A stretch of DNA of 64,000 nt. Source: Octopus sinensis. Lineage: Eukaryota. A program made the translations under genes and the position numbers. The first letter of the stretch is position 1. Each line of letters opens with the position of its first letter. The stretch is from contig NC_043001.1 of the NCBI RefSeq assembly GCF_006345805.1, positions 51,212,001 through 51,276,000 on the forward strand, given 5' to 3'. This document shows, piece after piece, positions 39,120 to 53,612 of the stretch. The notes below the pieces were generated by a model, which searched no databases, was not told the origin of the DNA, and was given only the letters and a program-made list of their open reading frames with translations.

Positions 39120-41480
39120 TGATTTTAGACCCTACGTCATTCATATCACCATTTGCAATAGCATCCAGAAGGCCCTGATACTTTTCAGCTTCAAGTTATT
39201 TCTGATGAGTTCTCGGGAAGTGTAATCGATCTTGCTCTATCTTTGCATATCGATCTACTGCATATTGTTGCATCAGACGTCTACTTTTCATTATGCCATT
39301 GAACTCGTCCTTTCTTACCTAAAGCCGAAAAGAATAAAAATCACATTCAGTGATGTTTTTGCTTCGGTAATTGTCTTTCAAGAGCACATTCCAGTCATCT
39401 TCCCCATAGGGAAACAGAAATACATAATGAAGAGGGTCATAGCTTCTGTGGATTTGACTAATGTAGCCTAACTTCCCATTTCTCTCCCTGTATTGCACAA
39501 CAACATCCACAGGTTTAATGTTTGGATTATTGGTATCATTTCCCACTATGATCACAGCAACTGATGCAGTCGGTGGATTATAGGTTCTCTCATGTGACCC
39601 AGCGGGAATAAACAGTTTGTCACGACTTTATAATAACAATCACCGGTAGAACATTTTTCTGGTGCAGAGTATTCTATAATTATATCAATAGCCTTTTAAA
39701 AACTTTTGACATATATATTGTGCATATGCAGTGCTCTCTGCAAACCTAGCAGGATGTCCTTATTAAAGTCATTGTCAGTTCCTCTGAATGACAACCTGTT
39801 TCTCATCTCATTTTCAGTGTCAACGAAATATAGCTGCGCATAGACTGGCTTCCTATTTACTGCTGGTAGGAGACTTCCTTTGAATCTTCCCTTGAATCTT
39901 GAAAGTAGGCATAAAAGTGCTACCACCCTGGTCCAACTGGTGAATTATCCAGTCCAAGTGAAGCCATAGCCAAATTATTGTAGTCATGAATTTTGTTCAC
40001 AAACATTTAACTGCATAGATTAACATCATAGCATCAGGTCATCCCATAAGTTCTGTCTAAATTTTGAATAAAAAAAAGTGATCAAATGTTACATTTAATT
40101 GAAATTTAGTCATCAATATACTTTCCCTGATTATCTATGACTTCATTCCATCTATTTACCATCGTGCCTGGTGGTTTGCTTGTCACTGCTAAATTTGTGG
40201 CAGCGACATGTTTTCCCTAGAGTCCTGTTTCCTCAACCGACCAGTATTCCTCCGTGCTTCTGTTTTCTTGTGGTGTTTCCATTGCACAGCTTTTCTGTGT
40301 TCTCAGTCGGTTCACATTCCTCCCTGCTTCTGTTTTTTCTAGTCTTTCAATTGCACGGGTTTCCTGTGTTCTTATCCAATTCGCACTCCTCCGCGCTTCT
40401 GAATCTTCTGGTCTTTCCATTGCACTGGTTTCCTGTTTCCTCAGCCGATCTGCAGTTCTCCGTGCCTCTGTTTCTTCTGGTGTTTCTCTAATGGTTGGTA
40501 TTCGTTGTAGTCGAGTGTCACCAATTGTAACGGTTAAGATCTATTGCAACGGCATGTTGTAAGATGTGAAAGATGACCAGCGATCGAAGTTTAAGAAAAT
40601 ATTTATCGTTACTTTGTATATATCCAAAACCACGACGGGTTGGTATGTATGATTAGTAAATGGAAAAGTATGCGAAGTAAAAAGAGTTAATTTTGGCCGG
40701 TATGTCTGTACACGACTCATAGTAGTACATATATATAGAGAGATATGGTAATGTTTCAGAGAAAAGAAAATGAGTTGATGAAAGTGAGAGAGTCGAGGGA
40801 AGTTGTCTCGCATAGTAGCTGAATGTAACTTTCTTTTTCCCCTTGGCCGTTTGGTCTCTAGTGGCGGTCTGCTTGTGGTCATGACTAGTTGTCCGTTCAC
40901 ACTAACTGTCGCCCTCACTAACTGACTTTGGCTTACGGATTTTTTGTTTTTATAACTATCCAAAACTATCCAGAAGGATAGACATATTGTTGAGAACAAT
41001 AGATTTCGTTGGTCGTACCTGTTATCTCTATTCTAACTTTTGGTGACATAGAAGAGGTTAGAAGGGTCAAGTAGCAAAGACATTATTCTACATAGCAAAG
41101 GCATCTGGCAAATGCAACTGCTGTCAATCACAGAAAAACTATTGTTTTACCGTGAGAAAAGTGCTGTTGAAACTGTTAAGTGAAATTTGGTAATCGAGGA
41201 TCGAATCCACGTTGTGCCTGCATGAAGCCACTGCATTTCCATTGCACGGATTTCTTGCATTTTCCTTCGCTTTATTTCGAGACACTGAGAAGATCTAGGG
41301 CCTTGTTTGTTTTCTTCAATTATCGTCTGTTGTCTTTGCCCAGTGATCTTTTGTGAAAGGAGATTTTTTTCGGGACAGGTTGTTGCCCTTTCTTTTTCTG
41401 GGCATAGTGTATTGATGAACGCGTGATGAATAGTGAAAGTTTTGAGACGATTCAGCCAGTATTTGAGCAAAATTCTCTGA
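39120..41480 (-). mobile_element. Degenerate Helitron Rep-helicase, N-terminal region
   Basis: Frameshifted pieces PVYAQLYFVDTENEMRNR, YNPPTASVAVIIVG, ISQIHRSYDPLHYVFLFPYGEDDW and QQYAVDM.AKIEQDRL...AEKYQGLLDAI, plus charged N-terminal repeats (ERPEDSEARR...). Confidence 0.85.
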
Positions 41481-42662
41481 ACGGGAAGTTTTCACGGTAT
41501 CTATTGTAAATATTTACCTTCGATATTTATTTATAAGGCAAGACTCCCCCCCCCCCCAAATACTCTTTAAAAAATGTTCTTTCGATACATGAGGAATACG
41601 AATCTGCAAAAATTTGGCAAAAATCGGCATTTTAAAATTACCCTCTACCCCCATTTCCTTCATTCTTTTTCCTTTTTTCAGAATTTCTTTTTTCAAACTA
41701 CGGAGATCATGATTCTGAAAAAAATTTCCAAAAATTTTCGAAAATTGTTCTTTTAAGATTTTTTTTTTTATAAATATGCGGGAAAATGCTGACATTACGA
41801 TTCGGACAAAAATTTCAAAACGTTTCTGTAGTAACGGTTAGGGTTAGGGTTAGTGTTGGGAAAAAAGTCAAAATTGAAGAATTTGTGGGGGAGGGGGAAA
41901 TTCAACAATGCCGATTTTTGGCAATTTTCAGGTACCTCCGTATCGAAAATGGGAGTTTTTTGCAAAAAATTAAAAAAGTAAACAAATTTGGGAGAAAATT
42001 ACAATTACACCACTCTTCGCTAAACACTATTTTAAAGCGTGTTATTTATGTCGCTGAATTACTCTAAACGAATTTGACCAAGAAAATGTCGGAAATTCAG
42101 TATTTTTTAAGGTTTTAATAAAATTGGTCGAACCTTTTTTCATGAAGTCAAATGCGTTAAGCTTCCGAAATTTTCATGGTTTTTACGTCTGCTATTTCAG
42201 AATTCTACGCATACGTGAAACATCAAGCGAAAGTACATTCAGTAACAATAACACTCGAAGTCGTAAACAGGCATAACAATAGCTCTGACGGCCGATAGGC
42301 ATGAAAATAGGTCCAACAAATTTTATCAATATCTTAAAAAATACTAAATTTCCAACATTTCTAAGATGAGTGCACTTAAGTACCCCAAATATATCCAAAA
42401 TACTTCTTCCATGGGTGCACGTAAGTATTTCATTCATTTCTTATCGTATTTATCGCTGACGACGAGAAAATTCTTATGATTAACTCAGAAATCGGGGCCG
42501 ATTCGATAATAACGGAAATTTCTTAGAAATTTCTGTCTGCTTGCTTCGAGACGCGTGTTTATAGTGATGAATTATATGGTTATTGATGATTTAAGTCTAT
42601 TTTCGGCATATTTGGCATTGGAATTTTTTTCTTTTGCCCTTGTTTATAAGTTGTTTATTTGT

Positions 42663-42713
<51 letters not shown>

Positions 42714-42717
<4 letters not shown>

Positions 42718-42965
42718 AGAAACAGAAATAGGAGAAATTCTACAGGGTTAAGTAGCTATATATGGGAACTTAAGGTTGGGGGAATTAACAATAATTTAAA
42801 TTGGAAAATATTAACAACAGCACCACCGTATAATACTAAAAATAGAAAATGTATGTTATGTATTAAAGAAATTTTCTTTATAATTAGGACTAAAATTCCG
42901 CTTATTAACAGCTTTAAGGAACGCAACGTGTCCTGTCTTCAAAAACAAGGCATACCTTTTCCAAA
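42714..42965 (+). mobile_element. Penelope-like element, fragment from the C-terminal GIY-YIG region
   Basis: FRNRNRRNSTGLSSYIWELK...NLNWKILTTAPPYNTKNRKCMLCIKEIFFII. Confidence 0.75.
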
Positions 42966-43890
42966 TACCACTAGAACCTAGTATTAAAATACCCCTACTG
43001 ACAATAATAATAATAGTTATTATTATTATTCGAGTTATTATTGATGTTATACTGTATTATATATAAATATATGTGATAATTATGCAGGTATATATAAAAG
43101 AGGGTATATATTAAGTTAGCTATAATTTTATGCATATATATATGTGTGAGTATATATTACTATTGTTGCTACTTTTGTATTAGTATATGTGGGTATGTAT
43201 ATGTGTATCTCTGCAGGCACTTGTGTGTGTGTGTGTATGTGGGTATGTATGTATGTATGTATGTATGTATGTATGCACACACAAATATGTAGGTTTAGGT
43301 AGGTATGTTTATGTTTTTGTTGGTACCTTTAAGAAATAAACATTGACTAGTTAATTACATTAAAAGTAATTAACTGAATAAATAGACGGATAATTATGTT
43401 TAAGGACTGAATGACTGATTGGTTCATTAATTGACTCAACACGATTACATAGTCTTGCATTTGAGGCATTTTGTCAGTTAAAATAGATTTTAGACATAAT
43501 TTCAGCGATAAATAACAACAATTTAGTAATATGTAGGTATATATAAAAGAGGATATATATTGAGTTGGTTCATTAATTTAGTAACTAAACACTGTTGCAT
43601 GGAGCATTGCAATTAATGTATTTTATCGGAGAATACATATTAAGCACAATTTTAGAGATAAATAACAACTTAGTGAAACAACTTGTGCGGTCACATTTGG
43701 TCTTTTGTTGTTCTACGTTATATATTTTAATAATATCTGGTATTTTTACATATGTAAAGCATAATATGTTATACATGTATGTATATTGTTATGATTGTTT
43801 TTTTAAATAAAAAGATAAATAAATACACATAATATAATATCTAAAAGTTGATGAGTACCACCTCTTGATCCCCTCCATTTTCTTATTGCC

Positions 43891-43943
<53 letters not shown>

Positions 43944-44046
43944 TATATTATATATATATATTATATTATATATATTATATATATATTATATATGCATATA
44001 TATATATATATATATATTAATATATATATATATGTATGTATGTATG

Positions 44047-44090
<44 letters not shown>

Positions 44091-45301
44091 CATGCATGCA
44101 TGCATGTATGTATGTATGTGTGTGTGTGTATGTGTGTGTTTGTCCCTCCTCCACTGCTTGACAACCGGTGTTGGTTTGTTTACGTCTCTGTAACCTAGCG
44201 GATTGACGAAAGACAACGATAGCTTAAGCACCAGGTTTTGAAAAAAAATGTACTAAAATTCTTCAAGGTAATGGTCCAGTATGGCCACAGTATAATGATT
44301 GAAATAAATACCACTTCAACATGTAACAGTTTTGACCGCTTGAGGAGCTACCTTAAGATATAATCACTGAGACGGTAAAGCTGTATGACGCAACTTTTAT
44401 CCGGATAGAAGCTGGCCTACGTATCACTTAGCAAGTCACTTCTCCTACGTAAAACTCTTATCAGCTTCCCACACTAATAACTCCTGTGAATTTCACAGGC
44501 GACGTTAGAAAGGCTTGTAATACTTAACATTTAATCTATATATTCCTTTACGGAAACGGCATAGTAAGCTCTCCTCTCTTTGTGTTTATTACTTGCAAGA
44601 AAGTTTTCGAAAAGTATCTGAAGTGGTTGACTCACAGTCAATTTCAGTCTTATCACTTAGTTGGAAAACTATTCATGTACGCACAGCAAGCAAAACGCAA
44701 CACAACACACACACTTAGAGTACCCATGAGCTGGTGGATTTTCGACTTTGTGGATTCAGTTGTTCTTAGACTGAATTACCTGCTCCTGAATTAACAAGTA
44801 AATTACTATTTCACAGACACGTGTGCCCAAATCAACATGTCCATATAACCTCTATATGTGTGTCTATACTTACACACATATCTATCTATCCATCTATCTG
44901 TGGTAACATATAACAATATTGACCAAGGTTACCGTGGTCTTTTTCGTAGGCTTTTCTTCCCACGGATAAACCTTACTTGCTTTCCCCTTTACACCATATA
45001 TCATAACACTGTGATACACGATCCCTATTGATCGTTTTTTTTTCCTCTTCCCCTTTTTTCTTCTTTTTTCATTTCTCTTTTCTTTTGTTCCTTTTCCTTT
45101 TCTTTTTATTCTTTTTATTTTTTATTTTATTTTATTTATTTATTTTTGTTCTTTTCTTCCCTTTTACGATCCCTCTTGATCGAAAACCTACGCCACCCCT
45201 TTTTTTTCTTTTGTTTTTTGTTTTTTTCATCCCCCAAAAGAAAAGCTCTACCTTGTAACTTGTCCCATCTGTGTGCAGCCCTGTGTGGCCAATAAAGAAA
45301 C

Positions 45302-45375
<74 letters not shown>

Positions 45376-45408
45376 ATCTATCTATGTATCTTTCTATCTA
45401 TCTATGTA

Positions 45409-45471
<63 letters not shown>

Positions 45472-45575
45472 GTATCTATCTATCTATCTATACATTATGT
45501 ATTGTGAACATACTTTAATATGAAATGCGCGCTGATTGTATACTCTGATTTATATATGGTGGCAATACTCTTTCT

Positions 45576-45616
<41 letters not shown>

Positions 45617-45979
45617 CACACACACACATACACACACACATTTCACTTAGACACAGCGAGACTAATAACCTGATGTAGAACTCAATATATATATGGTCCA
45701 GAACACAATGTTTGATAAGTACAGAGTTGTGATAAGAACAAAGAGATGACACTGAGGAAGGGGGAACAAAGGTTATGTAATCAACTTCATTAACTTGAAG
45801 CTGTTTCTGCTATAAAATATGGACTCTTAGTTGAGAAGCTGGGTAACATCATATAGCTTCATCAGAACCTTGAATATAAAGTGTGCTTTATTTGGAAAAT
45901 TACATTATCAGAACACACAGGCATTAGGAGTTAGAAAGTTGATGTTGATGCCTATGGAAAGTTCTGTCTGAATGTTTGA

Positions 45980-46060
45980 GGCTCTGATGAAGCTATAGGA
46001 TGTTACCCAGGGATTCAATAAAGAGTCTATCACTTCTTATAGCAGAAACAGCTGTAAGCT
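45980..46060 (+). ncRNA. Minimal hammerhead ribozyme motif (degenerate inverted copy at ~45770-45870)
   Basis: ggct CTGATGA agctatag...ttatagca GAAAC-AGCT-GT A agct. Stem III is palindromic; the first stem II pair is an A-A mismatch. Confidence 0.6.
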
Positions 46061-46426
46061 AATGAAGTTCATTACATAAACTTTGATTTTTCCGTGGTCA
46101 TCTCTTACTTCCTACACACACGCGCACACACACACACACACACATAAAAAATATAGGGGGTTAGTTCACAGGTGATTTAAACATCTAGGTACGTTTCTTT
46201 TTTCTTCTCTTTCTTCTTTTTTTTCTTCTTCTTATTCCTTTTCTCCTGTCCCCTATGTCGTTGTTTCATTACTCTATACCCTTCTCATTTTCCCTATTTG
46301 TCTCCGATGACGGAATATCCCGTACTTTGAAAACAGTTGCAAGACTTTGAAATTTTCCCAATAATAATAACATATATGACTTGAGATGTTTCTCTTGCCT
46401 TAACATTTGTTTTCCTCTTTAACAAT

Positions 46427-46501
<75 letters not shown>

Positions 46502-47167
46502 ATGTATGTATGTATGTATATATGTATATGTATCCATCTGCTTCTACAACTCTCTCTCTTATCTTCCCCCCTCCTTAATTCTTTTGTTCCTCTTTTTCTC
46601 TCTCTTCCCTCCTCATGTGACCGATAGGCCAGACTGCTAGCCCTCTTTTTGCGTCTGACCGTGGTCAGTGTAACATCGATATTCTTCCCTGTGTTTGTGA
46701 AAGTTTTGTATCTCTGCTGTAAGGCTTGATTTCCACATACGCCAGCTGAATTCAATTCGTCCCCAGTCGAAAGACACCTGTTGTTATGTCCTGTTATTAT
46801 CATTATTTTTATGTTTTTATTGTATTGTATTTATATTTGTGTAACATCGTCTGTTTTTCCGTCCTTGTTTTCGTATAAATTGGATGCTTTCTTCTAAGGT
46901 ATTTAATGCTCTTAGTTTAGATTTTCCTTGGGGCTGGCCAGATTGGAGCAATCTCAAGACTAATCAGCCGAAATTGCGAGGATGATCCGGTTCTTGACTG
47001 AGGATAGAAAGCTTCGAATGACTCGTCCGTGTTTTTTTTTTTTTTTGCATTGTATCATCTAGTTGTCCGGAAGTTTTGCCTTCTTGTTCCATTTTGTATT
47101 TCATATATATATATATATTTATATATATATCAGTAAATGTAATATGTGACAATAATTCGGTAGCCAA

Positions 47168-47228
47168 GATAAAACTCCGAGTTTCGGATGCCGAGGTGGA
47201 AATCCACGCCACCATCTCTTCAGTTATC
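47168..47228 (-). ncRNA. Hammerhead ribozyme motif (inverted, core-mutated partner at 47625-47685 +)
   Basis: Minus strand gataa CTGAAGA gatg...catc C GAAA ctcggag TT ttatc. Confidence 0.7.
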
Positions 47229-47281
47229 CGGCACATCAGAAAAACGCTATGAAAAGTTTATTCATATATAGAGAGAGAGAT

Positions 47282-47384
<103 letters not shown>

Positions 47385-47785
47385 ATATATATATATAAAT
47401 ATGCCTACATATCTATACATATATATACATATTTACACACATATATATACATACATATATATATATATATATAAATACATACATACTTGCATACATGCAT
47501 GCATACATACATACATACATACATACATACATACATACATACATACATACATACATACATACATGCATATATGCATACATGCATACATATGTATGCCTTT
47601 TTCATAGCGTTTTCCCGATGGCCGGATAACTGAAGAGATGGTGACGTGGATTTCCACCTCGGCATCCAAAACTCGGAGCTTTATCTTGGCTACCGAATAA
47701 TTGTCACATTATATTTACAGATAAATTCCTCTATTTACATAATATCGAGATCTCTTTCTTTATAATGTTATCTCACCGTGTTTAT

Positions 47786-47867
<82 letters not shown>

Positions 47868-48419
47868 ATAAAAACGGTAAGATAACAATATATATATATA
47901 TATATATATCGTTTTCAGAAAAACATAATTCTGATACTAAGGCGCACTCTAAAAAGTAGTTCAGTTTATGTTTTTCCTGTTTTTCTTAGAGCCCGTGGGG
48001 TTGGATTGCTTGATTCTTATACATATGTATGCATGTATGCATATATGCATGCATGCATGTATGTATGTATGCAAGTATGTATGTATGTACATATATACAT
48101 ACGCGCATATATATGTATGTATAAATATATATATGTATGCATTTATATATATATGTGTATGTATATATATATGTATAGATATGTAGGCATATATATATAT
48201 ATATGTATGTATCTCTCTCTATATATATATAGATACGTGCGCGCGCGCACACACACACACGTAGTATAGCACTCGATCACTTAAAAGAGAAAAGGCATAA
48301 TTAAAAATCGCAAGCCTTGCAAAATAATATTTCGACCAGGAAATCCTAGGGAGCTGTTTTTCGAAAAGTTTGTTTTTATAATAATAATAATAATAATGAT
48401 GATAATAATAATAATAATA

Positions 48420-49075
48420 TAGTATAAAAAATGGGCTACAGCAAATATTCTGCTCAATACCACAGATTTGCTTGTCACTTGTTTGACCTTAACCTGTTGA
48501 GCATGTCCCTTAGTGGCTGACGACATGTGCATCTCTGATCATGAGTAGAAGTAGTGGGGAAGCATCATAGCTGTGTGTTGAAAGGAATTCTTGGAGGTTT
48601 GGATAATTCACATTTGGAAACAGGGGTGGTTCGTTCAACATCCTTAAACAATCCTTATTCAGGGATCTTTTGAGCGGGATGGGTTACTCGACCAGAAAAA
48701 AAATTCTAACTGGGCCCCCACCTGCAAGGTCATGCGCTGTTTATCTTGATATGAGATCACCATGTTGCACACACATGGTTGTGATGCATGTGCCTAGTGT
48801 ACCCTTATCAGTCGGGTAGTCATGATGGGTATACTGGGCATCGAATATTTTACCCCAGTGTCACTTTGATTGCATGCACTGCTCTCTCACTCAATAATAA
48901 CAACAACAACAATAATAATAATAATAGCAATAATAATAATAGCAATAATAATAATAATAAAATGCCTGGTGAATCCTTATCAGATGAGTAGTCATGAAAG
49001 GTATATTGGGCTTCGTATATTTGTGCTCCAGTCTCACTTTGATAGCCTACATTGCAGTCTCACTCGATAATAATC
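48420..49075 (+). mobile_element. Interspersed repeat ending in (AAT)n, with its 3' segment duplicated at 48962-49075
   Basis: cccttatcag..gggtagtcatgatgggtatactggg...tcactttgat...ctcactcaataataa is repeated. Confidence 0.5.
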
Positions 49076-50147
49076 CTTTCTACTATAGGCACAGGGCCTG
49101 AAACTTTGGAGGAGGGGTCTAGTCGATTACCTCTACCCTAGTGCGTAAGTGATACTTATTTCATTGGCTCCGAAAGGATGAAAGGCAAAGTCGACCTCGG
49201 CGGAATTTGAACTTAAAACATAAAGATGAACGAAATACTGCTAAGCATTTTGCCCGGCATGCTATCGATTCTATGTGTATGTATGTATGTATGTATGTAT
49301 GTATGTATGTATGTATGTATGTATGTATGCATGCATGCATGTATGTATGTATGTATGAATGTATGTATGCATGAATGTATGTATGTATGTATGAATGTAT
49401 GTATGTATGCATGTATGTATGTATGTATGTATGTATGTATGTATGTACTTATGTATGTATGTACTTATGTATGTACGTGTATGAGAGGGAGAGAGAGAGA
49501 GTGTGTGTATATAGAGTACATATGAAAAAGTTCCGTCTAATTATGTAATGTAATTAGACAGTATGTACTACAAGTGCTCGGATTGGTTTACCCCCAAAAC
49601 TCTGGGTTGGACTACAACAGGAAAAAGGTACTTTTGTAGCTGCTTATCAGAGTTGGCTATAAGTGCTTCACCATTGAGCCGGCAGATATATATTAGACAA
49701 GTAGAATGAATAAGCAAAACGTGATATCACTGTAGACCATATAATTTATAATTCCAACATAATTGTAGAGTAGTTATAGTAAATAAGGGATTAAGAAATA
49801 ATGGATTAAGAAGTAATTTATCTTTTCTTAATCCCATATTTACTATAACTATGTAATTGTGTTGGAATTATAAATTACATGCTCTAAAGTGATACTACAT
49901 GTTTTGCTCATTCATTCTCCCTTTCTAATGTATGTATGTATGTATGTATGTATGTATGTATGTATGTATGTATGTATGTATGTGTCCATACGCTTTCAAC
50001 ATAAACATATACTGAGCTATTTTTATGATTTTGTATTATACTGTATACTGGGCATAAGCATGCTTGTGTAGCTTAGTTCACTTCGAACGTACGTGTTTCT
50101 GAGTTCGATCTCACTGAAATAGTGCAGAAATCATTCTCTCTCTCTCA

Positions 50148-50406
50148 GTATACTGTCAACTTAACGTGACAGTCCCGTATCTTCAGCTAGCAGGCCTTGC
50201 TACTCTAGACTGATGATGGGCAAGACCCAAAAACATGCATGTCTCTAGATGCAGGCCTAGCTGTTGGGGGTGTTTGTCTCCCCTTCGTAAATATATAAGG
50301 ACACAGGAAATGTGTCAAGGCCGACAGGAAGCGTCGATGCTTCCTAGGGCTAAACATCGGTGTGGTAATTCCCTTACAGGACTGTCACGTTAAGTTGACA
50401 GTATAC
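50148..50406. mobile_element. ~260-bp MITE-like element with 32-bp inverted termini and an internal hammerhead-like motif
   Basis: gtatactgtcaacttaacgtgacagtcc(c)gta / tac(a)ggactgtcacgttaagttgacagtatac. Inner tctaga CTGATGA tggg-caaga-ccca AAAA catgcatg TC tctaga at 50204-50249. Confidence 0.8.
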
Positions 50407-50689
50407 AACCACTCTATTGCTCCACCACCGCACATATCTCTGAGATATTTAGAAATTTAATATTTCTGATATATATATATATATATATTTGTTGTATGTG
50501 TTTCTATTTATGCCAGCATCAGACTAATGCCGTTGTGTCCCTCTATGTTCCTGCAACCAGTAATTCGACAAACATAGATCGATAAAATATGGCTAACGTC
50601 AATATGATCGGCTAAAATGATGAAAAAAGGCACGCATAGACACATGTACGCGCTAGCGCACAAGTATTTTCGTATGTTGTCTGAATATC

Positions 50690-52370
50690 TGGGACGGAAC
50701 TATTTCATGTGCCTCTTGCACTGGTCGTTTAAATTTCATTTTCAAAGATTTGTTGGGGCGTTGCAAAGTTGTACAAAGCAAGTTTGCCGCTAAATCCTGC
50801 TTCAAAGCCTCTGTTTAGTCCTCGCAGACCAGTTCCATATGCAGTCCAATTCAAAGTCGACAAAGAGTTAGAGCGTCTTGTACAATTAGACATTAGGAAA
50901 CCAGTTGACTGGGGCAGCACCAATAGTGTTGGTTAAGAAAGCAAATAGATCTATTCGCCTTTATGCAGATTTTTCGATTGGAATAAACGAAGTATTAGAT
51001 GACCACTCCTACCCTCTACCTATTCCTGAATACATTTTCAACAAGCTTAATGGTAGTCGTTACTTCGCAAAAATCGATTTGCTGAGGCTTGCTTACAAAC
51101 TGAAGTGATGATAATTCACAACAATTGTTGACAGTTAATGCTCTCAGAGGTGGTCTTTACTCATATCAACGTTTACCATTCGGAATAAACAACGGCTCCA
51201 GCTATATTTCAACAAGTAATGGACACAATTGTTGCAGACATATTTGGAATTGCAGATTATCTAGGCGATATTATAGTAACTGGTTCAACGAATGAAGAAT
51301 TATTTCATCGATTGGATACTCATTTCCATAAAATGAATTCATTTGGTCTTAAAGTAAAAGAGAACAAACGATGTATTTTAATGATATCAATAAAATAGCT
51401 TGATTTCATCATTAAACAAAGACGGTCGTAAACCAGATCCAGCAAACGTAGAAGCAGTTCTTGCACTCCTTAACTATTACATTAAATTCCTGCCTTCCAT
51501 GCATCGTTTGTACGAACCATTAAAGCATCTACTACATAAAAATACCAAGTGGAACTGGACACCAGCATGCACCGAAGCCTTTGAAGAGGCGAAAGAATTG
51601 CTGCCATCTAAGTTATTACTAAATTATTCTTACTCGAAATTGGAAATAATACTGGCCGCAGATGCTTCGGATTATAGTATCGGAGCTGTCATATCCCATA
51701 TATTCCAAGATAGTACTGGAAAGGCAATTGCTCAGGGTGCTTGTACTTTGAGTAAAGTGAAAATAAACTACAGCCAAATTGGAAAGGAAGAATTGGTGCT
51801 AGTGTATGGAGTTAAAAGATTTCACAAAATGCTTCATGGAAGGCCTTGTTTTATTTACTGGTCATAAACTCCGCTGTATCTATTTTTGTCTCATAAAAGG
51901 GCTTTCCAGCTTACACAGCAAATCGTTTTCAATGATAGACAACAATGCTGCAAGAGTAAAACTCTCAACTCAAAAACAAGTCAACGAATGAATTTAGTAA
52001 AGCTAATTTGCACTATCGCGTCTCCTGGTAAATTAAAAGCTAGACAACGAAGATACTGTTACCATTTGAATTTTTGTGTGCAAAATGTTTTATTTTCCCC
52101 TCAATTGATTCTGTTCCTGTGTCGGCAGATATGGTTCAAGAAGCAAGAAGAACTAAAACCTCATTCAGAAGACTTGAAACAATTTTTCCAACAGTGAAAG
52201 ACTTCATCCTCAGTGAATGATTGTCTCATGTTTGGTGAGAGAATTGTTATTCTTCAAAAATTTCGAAACCTTGTTTTAAAACAATTACTTAGGGACCACC
52301 AAGGTATAAAATGTATGAAATCTAATGCAAGAAGTTATGTATTCTGACGTAGCATTGACAAACTCTTAGA
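50690..52370 (+). mobile_element. Degenerate Ty3/Gypsy pol (RT, RNase H, start of the integrase zinc-binding region)
   Basis: RRPVPYAVQFKVDKELERL, AAPIVLVKKANRSIRLYADFS, YPLPIPE, YQRLPFGI, ADASDYSIGAVISH, NYSQIGKEELVLVYGVKRFH and HQGIKCMKSNARSYV, with many stops and frameshifts. No LTRs seen. Confidence 0.9.
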
Positions 52371-53259
52371 AAGTGTTAAGCGGGGCTTTTTGTTTAAACA
52401 GTTTACATAAAACTGTTCAAAATAGGTTGTACAATAAATTCATAATTATTCATAAGTTCATCAAAAATCATGATTGTGTAGAAGTATAAATACAGAAAAA
52501 TTTGTAGAAAATATTTGATAAGAGAAAGCGTGTATTGCTTAGTCAAAACTTCATCGGAAATCATATTTAAGTAGTTATACAGAATTTTTGGGGAATAACC
52601 AACCATTTTTCCTTCCTCTCCAGTTTTGTATGTGTGTTGCAGGGGTGGTTGCTATTTTTAGAAATAGTATTGAAGGCTGGTTGGTGGGGGAGAGCATTGA
52701 TATAGTCTGTGGAACCAAAAGGATTTTTTTTTGTTTCTGGGCTAGTCTGTCATGGTTCAGTGTTTTTGGACTGGTCTTAGAGTTCAAGATGGTGTGAGTG
52801 TGTGTGTGTGTGTGTGTGTCTGTGCACGGTTCTATGTGTGTGTGTGTCTGTGCACGGTTCTATGTGTGTGTGTGTATATATATGGGCTTGTGTTTGTGTA
52901 TGGTTTTTTTTTTACGGATCTTAGAGTTCAGTGTGGAGTGTGTGTGTATAGGTCTGTGTATGTGCGTTTTATATTTAGCAGGGTGGTGCGTGTATATGTG
53001 TGCACGTTTGTGTGTGTGGGTGTATGTGTGTGATTTGTATTTGTCAGGGTGTTGTGTATGCGCATGTGTGTGTATGTATTTGCAGACAGACAGACAGACA
53101 GACTCACAAACATATAACTATGTTTGCGTACTTTAAAACCACCAGATTCTTTTGCTGTATAGTACAAAGAATTTCTGTATCGTTATTAATACATGATTCA
53201 AAAACTGGTAAAACTTCCGTGATTTTCAAAGACGATTAAGAGCGATGCTTATATATAGA

Positions 53260-53612
53260 GGCGTAGGCGTGACTGTGTGGTAAGTAGCTTGCTTACCAAC
53301 CACATGGTTCCGGGTTCAGGCCCACTGCGTGGCACCTTGGGCAAGTGTCTTCTACTATAGCCTCGGGCCGACCAAAGCCTTGTGAGTGGATTTGGTAGAC
53401 GGAAACTGAAAGAAGCCCGTCATATATATGTAAATATGTATATATATGTATGTGTGTGTATATGTTTGTATGTCTGTGTTTGTCCCCCAACATTGTTTCA
53501 CAACCGATGCTGGTATGTTTACGTCCCTGTAACTTAGCGGTTCGGCAAAAGTGATCGACTAAAGGCGGTGCTCCAGCATGGCCACAGTCAAATGACTGAA
53601 ACAAGTAAAAGA
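53260..53612 (+). mobile_element. Near full-length SINE family A copy (inverted copy at ~55222-55605)
   Basis: tRNA-like head, internal (TA/TG)n, and 3' ggcggtgctccagcatggccacagtcaaatgactgaaacaagtaaaag. Confidence 0.8.

Noticed and set aside
40541-40999. 152-aa minus-strand ORF as a host gene
   Set aside because: No recognisable domain, and it lies between Helitron fragments.
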